Shown piece after piece: positions 23,588 through 34,795 of a DNA stretch of 64,000 nucleotides. A model generated the notes under the pieces. The model was not told the origin of the DNA. It made no database searches and was given only the letters and a program-made list of their open reading frames with translations. The DNA is from Prorocentrum cordatum (Eukaryota): contig CAUYUJ010000203.1 of assembly GCA_963575745.1 (NCBI GenBank), positions 1 through 64,000 of the forward strand. The letters run 5' to 3'. Every line of letters begins with the position of its first letter. Positions within the stretch are counted from its first letter, which is position 1. The translations under genes and the position numbers were made by a program.

Positions 23588-24286
23588 GTCACCAGGGCGT
23601 TTCGTTGTTTGCGCCCTGGAGGAGGCTGGCGGCGGGTTTGCCCGTGCGCGCCGTTGCGCGCCAGGCGCCGCTCCAGGACGCGAGCGCGGCCGACCGCCAT
23701 GCGCACGCGCGCGGCTGCGCGAGCGCGCGAGCGCCCTGGCCGCTCTGAGCGAGCGCCTCGACGCCTGGTCCGCGAACGGGCGGTCGCCGCTCATCGTGGC
23801 CGTTCGTTGTCGCTGCTTGGAACGGCGTCGCTTTCGCTCGGCCCGGCCGTTCGGCCCCGCCGCCCCCCTTTGGGTTCGCGGGCGCCGCGCAGGCGCGTTT
23901 GGGGGCGAGCTCCAGACTTCGACGTGCTTTTCCAAGCCGCGCTGCGTGTCCGGGATCGGACCAATCCCGCTCCCACCAGCTGCGACGACAGCGTTTGCCT
24001 CCCCAGCGGCGCCGCCCCAGACCGCGGCCAGCAGTCGCCGAGCGTGCTTCTGATGAAGGGTCGCGCCCTTCTAGAACGGCGGACGGCCAAGTCCAACGGC
24101 TTGGCCCCCTCTCCGAGGCGGCGCCTGCCCCTCCAGGGCGCGTTCGCCAGACCGCGGCAGGCGCTTCCAGATCGCGTCGCCGCTCAGGGATGGCGCCCCC
24201 GCCCGCCTCGCCGACGCATCGCGGCGCCCGCGGCGTGCCCCGGGGCGCTGCGCCGCAGCGGCAGGCGCCCCTTCACCTGCCGGCAC

Positions 24287-24534
24287 CTTCGTGGGCCCTG
24301 GAGACGACAGGGCCGTTTTTTCATCGGTTCCGTTTTGCTGTTTTTGTTGCCGGTTCCGACGCCGTTTTTTTAACCGGTTCCGTCGCCGTTTTGTGACTGG
24401 TTCCGGCCCCGGCTCCAATCCTGGAACCGTTTTTTGCCGTTTCCGGTCCCCGTTTTTCTACCGTTTCCATTTTCAAGGGACCGTTTTTTGGAAACGGTGA
24501 AAAAACGTCCCTGTCGTTTCCGGGGCCCACAAAG
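24287..24534. mobile_element. MITE with ~45-bp imperfect TIRs and 8-bp TSD GCCGGCAC (hAT/P-like)
   Basis: Left end cttcgtgggccctggagacgacagggccgttttttca; reverse complement of right end ctttgtgggccccggaaacgacagggacgttttttca; GCCGGCAC at 24279-24286 and 24535-24542; internal CCG(G/T)TTCC sub-repeats. Confidence 0.85.
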
Positions 24535-25619
24535 GCCGGCACCGCCGCCCCGCCGCCCCCGAGCAGCGGCCCGTCCCGGCCGCGCGCGCCGCCGAGAAGG
24601 GGGCCTGGTGGAGCGGGGAAGGCGCGGCCCTTCGCAGGGCGTCTCCCCCATTTCCTCTTCGAGTCTGGTCTGGGGCCTCCGCCCTCGTCCCTCTCTTGCG
24701 GCCCCGCCAGGCTTTCAGCGTGCGCGCTCCCCGTGTAGCTCGCGCGGCAGGTGACGGCACCTTCACCGTCGGTTGCCCATGCAAGGCGGGCCGGGTCATT
24801 GCGCAGGATAAGTTGGGGAAGAAGCCATTGGAAACATTTGTTTCACATCTCGATGCAGAAATCCTCGCGAAACCGATGTTTGGAATAACTTCGACCTCGG
24901 GTGGACGTCGTTTTTCGGGGGGAGGGTGGGCAAATCGACTACTGACAGTAATTTCAAAGCAAATGCGAGCGCGCGCGTTATATCATATGGCACGGGTTAA
25001 GGGAGGTGCGCTAACGATCTTCCCTGGGAAGACATGAGATCGTTTGCAACATGATCGATGGGGCAGAGTCGTGCGTAACCTTCGTCATCCCAGTTGGAAG
25101 CGGCGATCTCGGGAGCGCAGCCACGCGGCGGCGTTTGCGATGATTGCGTGGCCATGGCCAGCGCATCTGCGGCCTCGCTGGCGCGCGCCAGCTCGCGCGC
25201 AGAGCGGCCAGCTGGCTGGGCGCAGTCGATGCGCCCGTGATTTCGCTTGCTCAGGGCAACGCCCTGGCGCGCGTCAGAGGCCGAGATGCTGCGCTGGCGC
25301 GCGGGCGCATCGACGCGGGCCCGCCGCTCGGGCGGGCGCAGCATCGAGATGGCGTCGGCGGTAGCGGCAGCGGGGGTGACCGTAGCGATGGTGGCGGCGA
25401 TTCTGATTCTGACGTCGGCAAAGGCTGATGGCGGTGCCGACGTTGGCAAGGCCGATGACGATGATAGTGTCCACGTGCCGCTGATTGAGGCTTTGTAATG
25501 ATTTAGACACGCGTGCGCGGCCGACACGCGCGAGCTGCACATATCAGAGTGAGGGGGCCGAACGGTCATTCACTGTCCCTGGGTGCGTGGCTGAAGTGGG
25601 ATTCCGCGGTGCGGATTCT

Positions 25620-25621
25620 CG

Positions 25622-25659
<38 letters not shown>

Positions 25660-25661
25660 GG

Positions 25662-25703
<42 letters not shown>

Positions 25704-26545
25704 GTTTGTTGTTTGTTACTTGTTGTTTGTTGTTTGTTGTTTGTTGTTTGTTGTTTGTTGTTTTTTGTTTTTTGTTGTTGTTGTTGTTTGTTGTCGTCGT
25801 CCCACCCGCAACCCGCCCCGCGACCCACCCGCGACCCACCCCGCGACCCACCCGCGACCCACCCGCGACCCACCCGCGACCCACCCCGCGACCCACCCCG
25901 CGACCCACCCGCGACCCACCCGCGACCCACCCGCGACCCACCCGCGACCCACCCCGCGACCCACCCCGCGACCGCGACCCCCGCGACCCACCCGCGACCC
26001 ACCCCGCGACCCGCCCGCGGCCCACCCCGCGACCCACCCGCGACCCACCCGCGACCCACCCGCGACCCACCCGCGACCCACCCGCGACCCACCCCGCGAC
26101 CCACCCGCGACCCACCTTCGACCCAAACCACGTTCAAGGTACAAACCACATTTTCGGCGCCTGCGGCGGGTTTTTTTTGCATTCCTTCCAGGTGGAGAGC
26201 CCGCGACCCACCCCGCGACCAACTCGCGACCAACCCGCGACCCAAACCACGTTCAGGGTACAAACCACATTTTTCGGCGCCTGCGGCGGGCATCTTTTGC
26301 ATTCGTTTCAGGTGGAGAGCCCGCGGCCCACCCGCGACCACGTTCAGGGTACAAACCAATTTTTCGGCGCCTGCGGCGGGCATCTTTTGCATTCGTTCCC
26401 GGTGGAGAACCCGCGGCCCACCCGCGACCATTCCACGTTCAGTGTACAAACCAAATTTTTCGGCGCCTGCGGCGGGCTGCTTTTGCATTCCTTCCAGGTG
26501 GAGGTGGAGAGCCCGCGACCCACCCGCGACCCAAACCACGTTCAT
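25620..26545. repeat. Compound array: (GTT)n, then (CCCACCCGCGA)n, then ~90-120-bp unit x4
   Basis: Visible tandem structure; long unit contains cacgttcagggtacaaacc...ttttcggcgcctgcggcggg. Confidence 0.9.
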
Positions 26546-28773
26546 TGAACAAACCAATGTCGCACAAACGCGGCGGCGGATTTTTGCATGCCGTCTGAGC
26601 CCGCAACGACCTCTTCAAGCCCCGTCCAGCCCGCAACGACCTCTTCAAGCCCGCATCCACACCAGCCCGTCCAGCAACTTTGCCCTGGCGAGTTGCCTTG
26701 ATCAGAGAAGTCGGGGAGCATAAAGTGGAAAAAAGGGATTGCGTTGCCGTTATCTTGGGAAAGGAGGGGGAAGGCAGGAGGAGTAAACAGGGGGCGAGGA
26801 GGACGCGAAATAATAGAGGATGTAAGGAGAATGTGGAGAAAGAGGAGGAGGAGGAGGAGGAGGAGGACGAGGAGGAGCAGACGAGGAGCGAGGAGCAGGA
26901 CGACGAGGAGGGGGGGGGGGGAGGAGGGGGAGGAGGGGGACGGGGAGAGGAGGGGGAGGAGGATGAGGATGGACGGCAATGGGAGGACGATGGTGGAGGC
27001 CGATGAGGGGGTGGACGACAATTGGAGGACGATGATGGAAGGACGAGGGGGGGAGAGGGAGGACGAGGAAGAAGAGGAGGAGGACGAAGTGGAGGAGGAG
27101 GATGACGATGACGATGACGACGAGTTCGAGGAGGAGGAGGAGGAGGAGGAGAGCGCCATCGACAGGGAAGGTGGGGGCCACGAGGTCCGCCGGCTCGACG
27201 ACGCCCGCGTCGCCCGCGCCCGCCCCCTCACTCTTATCTGCAATTGCGGGGTGCTATATACGTAGTTTTATGTGACAAGGGTCGCGCCTCACCCGCCCCC
27301 ATCCGACCACTAGCGCGCAAGTGCGTTCGAACGGTCTCGACATGCGCGCGCGAGAGGCCCGCTGGTCTCGATTGCTATGATTTTGAGAAAAAAACAGAAG
27401 CGATCTTCAAAAATTCGCAAGCGCGCGAGCGCCATTTGTGTTAGTGGTGAAAACTCGAATCATGCCTCAGGCCGTCATCAAGGACAATACGTTGTAAGGC
27501 CGCCGCAAAAAAACATGTTTGTAGATTTGCCCTAGCTGGTTTTGATGTGTTAGTGTTTCCCTTGGTCGTGTTCCAGAGCGTCCGGCGTGAGCTCTTCGTT
27601 CTGTCCCTCCTTTCCCTCGTTGTCTTCGCCGTCATCGTCATCCTCCTTCTCTCCATGGTCCCTCGTTCTCTCCCTCTTTCTAATTTTTGTTGGATCGTCA
27701 TACTCTCGTGCCTTTTCCTCATTCTCCTCCCCCTGCCTACCCTTTCCCATATGAGTCATAATGGTCATCGTCGCCCTTCCCCTCCCTCTCCTCTAGCCTC
27801 AGACCCCTGTCCCCCGAGGAACAGCAATACGCCTGACGATTCCGAGGACGAATGGTGATATCAATGAGGATTGCGATGATCATGCAGGAGTGCATAACTT
27901 GTTTTTTTTCAACCGTTCCCTTCCCCAGTGATGGGCGACATGCCGATTATGAGGGATGAGAAAACTGGACATCTTTTCGCATCCGTCTGCTTGCACATCT
28001 ACCACTCGATCGAACTCCCCGGAGGCGTGGCCCATTCCTGCTTCTCTTCATCCTCATTTTCATCGCCGTCCCCACTTTCATCCTCAACGTCACCGTCAGC
28101 CACCCCCACTATCTTTAACATGCTCGCCTCATTGTCGTTATCTCACATCCCCCATTCTTACACGACGAGGAGTACCTGTTCTGATGATGGAGGGGCAAGT
28201 ATTGACGTTGATGCGTGTGAAAATGGAGTCTCATCCTCACCCTGCCCATTCGCATGCATACTCCATACCAACCCCTCCTGAAAAGGGACGCATGGCGATA
28301 GCGTAGTACTCTGGTAAGGCCACTGAAACTGACGAGGATGCGGCGCAACAGGACGACGGGTTGCATGGGCGTTGGCAAGGTTGGCGTCGGCGTGATGCAC
28401 TTACCGTTTAGGTACTATTGCATTGTGACCGTGTGTATATACCTGGAGGCAAACGGAACACTAGCGCTGGCTGCGAACACCACCACAACAATTGCACGTG
28501 TCAGGGTATGTGGATGAGACCACGGGCTGGGAGCGGATGGGTGGCATCTGCAGATAGCGCAGGGGGTTCGAGAGCGGAGGAGCGCTGAATTCCGAGCCCC
28601 GAGGACGACGAGCACAGGGGCAGGCAGGCGGGAGGGGGGTGTTTGGGAACGGCGGGCGGGGGGTGCGGAGACGCAGATGGGAGGGGGGGGGGGGCGAAGG
28701 CAGCGAGGGGACGGGGAGGAGGAGGAGGAGGAGGAGGAGGAGGAGGAGGAGGAGGAGGAGGAAGAGGAGGAGG

Positions 28774-28948
28774 TGTTAACATGCAAGCGTTCAGGTGACA
28801 GGGGAGGAATAGCAACCCTATTGCCTTTGGCTCAAGTGTTTAACGGCCGAAGCTACTTAGACCTGCTTTGCCGTTCGGGAGTATAAAGGTGACCTATCAT
28901 TATCATTGTTGCCAGGCTCCCGTGCAGAACCCTCCTCGGGGTTTTGCA
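28774..28948 (+). repeat. 5' LTR of element B
   Basis: TGTTAAC...TTTTGCA; 173/175 identical to 39356-39530. Confidence 0.97.
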
Positions 28949-28960
28949 TGGTAGCGGAGC
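28949..28960 (+). promoter_or_regulatory. Primer-binding site TGGTAGCGGAGC (tRNA-iMet type)
   Basis: Directly abuts the LTR-terminal CA. Confidence 0.9.
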
Positions 28961-29062
28961 GCGGTTGCCAGGGCGGCGGCAGCGGCAGCTGCAGCCAGGC
29001 CTGGGCAGGGCGACCCGCCAGTTAATCTCAATGTGCCGGCAGACAGAGATGCATGGGTCAAC

Positions 29063-31580
29063 ATGGATCCGAATCGCTTCAACGACCTGTGCGAGCAAGC
29101 ATACCTAAACGGAGACTTCAGTTACGTTCAGACGGCGCTACTCGCGAACCATTTCGGACTCGCAACGTTCATTAACGAGCGAGTGACACAGGATCGAAGG
29201 GAGGTATCGAACACCGAAGCATTCCAAATGTTACAGAGCTCCCATAAGACCAACATCATGTTGTTAACGATCACAAAAACAAGCGCTGCACTCGAAAGGG
29301 ATGCTCGCAGATTGGTGGAGAGAGTCACCGAGTTGGAGACCAACAGTGAGGTACAAGAAAAGTTGATCGAAAGGTTTGGCCAGCTTTCGGAAGCAATTAA
29401 AAGGAGGAAGTGGAAGCAAGCACGGGAGCGGTAAACCGATAAGCGAATATAAGGCATTACAGGCGCTAAAGAATTTCAGTGGAGAAAGAGCAAAGTTCAG
29501 AGACTGGAACGACAAGTTCTTGAACGCGCTGGCACAAGTGAAGCCGAGTTACCGACCGGCACTGAAGATGCTAAACAAGAAGTTGGAGACGCTTGACGGA
29601 GTCGCGCCAGAGGAGGACGATGATGACATCATACGCATAATGAACGGCCGATTAACTGCAAGTGAGTATCTGAAGGCGAATCAAGCCAAACAGGCAGAAG
29701 ATGACAACAAAGGCGAATACGAGTTTACCGAGGGAGACAAAACTCAGATGGAGGAAGACTTATGGTACATTCTAAACGAGAAACTTGAAGGTGCAGAAGC
29801 CAGAGGAAAATTAAAGGGACTTATGGATGGAGATGGAATCATGGCTTGGCAAAAGGTCTACAAATGGTACTCGGCGGTAACCGGATCGACCCTATCATCA
29901 AAGATGACACATGCCATGAATCCTGAGCCACCCAAGAAGATTACTGACACTGTTACCCGACTTGAGGAGTGGGGCGCATTGGCAGAAAACCTTGAGAACT
30001 ACGGTAAAGATTACTCGCTGCCTCTTCCTTTTAAAGTCACCGCACTCAGGGCCATAATGGTGCACGCGAACGACTGGTTCGACGAATGGCAGCAGGCATG
30101 CTGGCGAACGCCCGACGCGCTTAACATTGACTCATTCCAGAAATTGTATTCAAAGTGCGAAGACTGGGCGCGTAAAAAGAAATTCGACTCATATACGAAA
30201 AATAAAGATGTGATGGACATTGGGAACATCAACGAGATGGGTCAAGGGTCCGAAAATGTTTGGGACCAAACAGGATGGGTTGACGAAGACGGAAACTGGT
30301 GGCCAGAAGATGGATCGTGGAATTACGGGTCCTGGGCCAATGAGAGCGACAGTGGTGAATATGAGGAAATTGACGCCGTAAACAAGCGCAAAGGCAAAGG
30401 AGCGGGCCCCAGGTGTTACAATTGTGGAGGCATGGGCCATTTAGCCAGAAATTGCACAAGACCTAAACAGTTCACCAAAGGAGGTAAAGGTGGCAAGGGA
30501 GGAAAAGGCAAGGGCTACCGGGCCACTTACGGATCCTATGTGAAAGGTGAGATCGGAGGCAAACAAGGTGGTAAAGGAAGTGGCTCGTGGGGTGGAAGTT
30601 ATGGAGGCCGAGGAAAATTCACCCTTCATAGCGAGCGTGAATGTTACAAGTGTGGTGCAAAAGGGCACATCGCCATTAACTGCCCGGGCCCCAAGAAGAC
30701 CGCCAACGAAGTTGAGCAGGAGAGACCTACAGTGAACGCTGAAGGTGAACAAACCACCTCGTTCGGCCAACCGCAGCATGTTCTCAGTGTTATGATGAAG
30801 GAAGCAGTGAACGCGCCGCCAGACCAGCTCGCAACTGAGGAGGTTAACGGGAAATGGGATCTGCCCTATTACGCCAGAAAGAAAATGGCACGTAGCAGCG
30901 CGATGAATTTGAAAAGAATTTACCAGGAACACCAATGCGACGGAGATTGTAATCGCGCTAGCCAATGGGACCGGAGAATAAGTAAAAGCATAAAGCAGGA
31001 AAAAAGTTGGCTGGAGAAGTGCAAGGAAATTGGGCTAATTGAGATGCGGGGCTGTGATCCAGAGATTAACGCGGTGCCACCGCTAAGTGCAACGCATGAG
31101 ACGATCGTGGTTACCGTGGGCTCTGGCGCATATAATACAGTGGGACCCCCCAAAGTTGGCACTCATTTCCCTATTAAACATACGGGCGCGTCAAAGCAGG
31201 GACGACATTATAGTGCAGCGAATGGGACTACAATGAAGAATTATGGTCAACGAGTGATCACAGGTAAAAATGAACATGGGAACGCCGTCAGCATGCCGAT
31301 CCAGGTAGCAGAAGTCAACAAGGTTCTTGGATCTGTCAGAGAGATGGTAAACGCTGGGAATAGAGTTGTGTTTGACAAGGATCTTAACGGGAGATCCCTG
31401 AGCCACATCATGAACAAGACAACTGGTAAGTCCACAACCATTCATGAGAAGAATGACACGTTCCAGTTTAACATTACGGTGCCGAGGGGACCAGCGGAGA
31501 CTGTCAATCCCAGGAGTGAAGTGAGCGCAGCTGAGGGTTTTCCGCGGCCGGGAACCCTGGAGGCGGATCTATTCTACTAA
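29063..31580 (+). pseudogene. gag: Element B gag-protease ORF (one frameshift near 29400)
   Basis: MDPNRF start; NFSGERAKFRDW, DVMDIG, two CCHC knuckles (CYNCGGMGHLARNC, CYKCGAKGHIAINC) with GKG-rich spacer; protease V-G-SGA (catalytic D>G), YSAANG, NRVVFD. Confidence 0.92.
31535..31567 (+). promoter_or_regulatory. Candidate -1 programmed ribosomal frameshift signal (G_GGT_TTT plus hairpin)
   Basis: X_XXY_YYZ heptamer in the gag-frame register, 6-nt spacer, stem CCGGG/CCTGG; the -1 frame is the integrase frame. Confidence 0.7.
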
Positions 31581-31738
31581 GCCCCCCATCACCCGTAAGA
31601 CCAAGCGAAAACTTAAACGTCTTTAATACCGAAGGAGACGAAGGGAGTGAAAGCGGGGGCAACGAGAGTGAGTTGAGCGACGTGGAAGATGTATGCGTGA
31701 GCGATGAAGCGGAGTTACCAAAGAAAGTTTAATGTGAT

Positions 31739-32660
31739 ATGAGGCCCTCGAAAGAGGAAGTTGAGGCGCATAACGCGATACATTTACCTTGCCGAAGCTG
31801 GTGCCCACATTGTGTTAGAGGAAAAGCGCGCAGGTGCAATCACCGTAGACGCAAAAGAGAGGGGAACGGAAACGTGCCAGTGATTTCAATGGACTACATG
31901 TGGCTTAAAGGAAGAAAGGAAGAAGGTGAAAGCGCCAGCAATGGCAATCCAATTTTAGTCATGCGCTGCAGGGAGACCAAATTAACTTGGAGCAGAGTGT
32001 TGATGAAAAAGGGAGTGGACTCATACTCGGTAAAGGTGGGATGTGACGTGATCAGTTTTACCGGATACAAGAAGGTGATACTCAAAAGTGATGGAGAATC
32101 GGCAATCACGGCATTGGCCAATAGGATTAAAGCTTCGTGTGATCTTGACATGGGGGTTGAAGTTAGCCCAGTGGGCGACTCAAAGGCCAACGGTGAAATC
32201 GAGGGAGCCGTTAGGACAGTGCAGGGTCAAGTCAGAACGTTAAAGAGCGCCTTGGATGCCAATTATAAGATTGAATTTGGTGAAAGTCATCAGATAATAC
32301 CTTGGCTGGTGAGCTATGCATCCTCTTTGATTAACAAGTTCACAATAGACACAGATGGGAAGACGGCCCATGAGAGGTGCAGGGGAAGAAAGTTTAACGA
32401 GCAAATTCCTCAGTTTGGTGAGTGTGTCATGTATTTGAAGACACCTGCACACAAGGGCCGTGAGAAGCTTGAAATGAGATGGGAAAGTGGAGTGTTTCTG
32501 GACATAAACGAGAACAGTCAAGAGCTGATTATTGGGACGCCAAATGGGGCAATCAAGGCGCACGAGTTTAAGAGAAAAGGAAGTGATGCGGAAAGATGGA
32601 ACATTGTCGAGGTCACCGAAATGAAGGGGTTACCTTGGCAGCCTGACCCTAGTGCGGCGG
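31739..32660 (+). pseudogene. Element B integrase
   Basis: HNAIHLPCRSWCPHC zinc finger; ISMDY, LKSDGE, ANGEIE catalytic D-D-E; DGKTAHER, FGECV, RWESGVFL. Confidence 0.95.
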
Positions 32661-33600
32661 GAATGGAATTACAGTCTAGGATCATGGTGCCCATGGACCT
32701 ACCAGAGCAAGTGTTAACTGCGCCTGAGACGAAGCCGCTCATTGCACGAGGGATTGCGGTTAAGAAGCACGAGTACTTAAAAATGGGACCGACACCGGGG
32801 CGTTACGGATGTAAATGTCTCGTGAGAGGAGACAAAGAGCACAAACCGCATAGCGCCGATTGCAGGGCTCGAGTTATCGAATGGTTAAAGAAACAAGAGA
32901 GCCCGAATATCCAGGCAAGGCTAGCATCTGCACAACTAAGACTTGAGAGTAAAAGTCGTGCACCAGAAAATCGTGATCAAGAATCAGAAAGTCAAGCGAA
33001 GAAACTGAGGACCAATGCACCGCCTCCGCCGAGCGCTAAAGTTGAGGAAGCTAAGGACGAGTGGATAATAAAAGGAAGCAAAGTTATATGCCAGCACCGA
33101 CGACCGAGGAAATAGTTAGCCTTCCCCACCAATGGTGGGTGTCCTGTAGATTGGGACAAACTTAAGCCCAGAAGATATACTCATGCGATCATGATTGACA
33201 GCGGCAAAATACATGAACACGAAGATGCTTGGTATGGTGAAGAGGGAGACGATCAAACATGGGCTATGGGAAACCCCTTTAACGGTTACTGGACCGGATG
33301 GACCGAGTTCGAAGTGGAAGATGAAGAGATGAAAGATCCCCCAAGTAAACTCATTAAACGAAGAGCAGAGGACGATCATGACGAAGAAGACCAACAGGCA
33401 ACTCAACATCGTCAACTTGATATGGAACAAGATGAAGAAATGTCAGAAGTAAACGACATCAGATTGGGGCTCACATGATGGGATTTGACTCTGAGCTGGT
33501 TGAGTGGTTGACGAGTGGGGAATTGAACGTTGTACATCAATTAAACGAAGTAAGGAGAGCCACCAAGCTCTATGGGGCGTGCCAACACGAGACTCAGGCG

Positions 33601-34262
33601 CACGTGACCGAGGCATATTCGCCGGTGAGGGTTACAGGAATGGCAGAGAAAATGGGATTGATACCGGGTCTAGCAATGGACTTAACGACGCGAGACCAAC
33701 ATGGTAACCCATGGGACTTTAATGTGCCAGCTATGCGAGCGAAAGCGTAACATATTGTCAAATCCAAAGCAACCCTGTTGCTGGTGGTGAGCCCCATGTG
33801 CGCAGCTTTCAGCAGACTTCAGACGTTCAACTTTAACAGATTAGGTGCTGACCGTGTAAAACAGATGTTGGATTACGGGATCAAGCATTTGACGTTTGCA
33901 ATGGAGCTTTGCGAAATTCAACGGCGAAATGGGTTATACTTTCTGTGTGAACACCCCGCAGGGGCAACCAGCTGGGGCACTTCAACAGTGCAACGGTTGC
34001 TCAGGAACAGAGACGTCAAAGTATACGATGGAGATTTGTGCTGTTACGACTTAAAGCAGATAGTCAAAGGTGAAGAGATGTTCATCAAGTAACCGACCAA
34101 GTTCATGACAAACAGTTCAGCCATAGGCCGTGAGTTAAGTTGGAAATGCAAAGGGCAGCATCGACACATGGAGTTAATTGGTGGCGGAAGAACTCACAGA
34201 TCAGAGGTCCTCCCAGACAAATTGCGCCGAGCGATACTGAGAGGACTTGTGAGACAAATGAA
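33601..34262 (+). pseudogene. C5 DNA-methyltransferase-like domain within element B pol, between integrase and RT
   Basis: EAYSPVR (I-like), MDLTT...PWDF, VSPMC (IV), CEHP (VI), DLCCYDL...K*PTKFMTN (VIII), CKGQHRH...LIGGGR; in-frame stops at 33748 and 34090. Confidence 0.7.
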
Positions 34263-34795
34263 GATCGACGGGCGTCAATGGGGGAACATTTAAAGAAGAA
34301 GAAGAAGCAACGAACATGGAAGTCGACGAAGAAGAACAAAGTGAAGCGCAGATAAGCGAGATTAACTGGGCATGTGAACATGAGAGCGAAGATAGGAAGC
34401 ACAAGCACCAGTTAACGTGGACGAGAAGAGATGATGGAACTCAAAGATTGATGCTACCGGGACCAAATGGACCACAATGGAGTTCATGCATTAGGAGAAT
34501 TACCGCTGACATGGACACGGGGAAGATCATCGAGGACAGACCTGCAAACGGGATCACAGGAAGAGAGAGAAGGAGAATGTTCAAGAAGGGACCAGTCAAC
34601 ACTTCCACCACCTTTACATATGAAGCTGTTGGCGAAATTGCTCCACACAAGTGGAAGTGCTGTGCATGTGATCATGAGGGCTGGCTCAAGACGCCTAGCA
34701 CATGTACAGCGTGCGAAAGAATTGGTACATTTAACCCTCTCCCCATGAATATGATCATCGTTGTCCACAAAGAAAATGGAGAGATCACTCAAGCC

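Noticed and set aside
28882..28887. TATAAA in the element B LTR as promoter
   Set aside because: A single short motif only ~60 nt from the LTR end, and TATA use in dinoflagellates is doubtful; cannot be supported.
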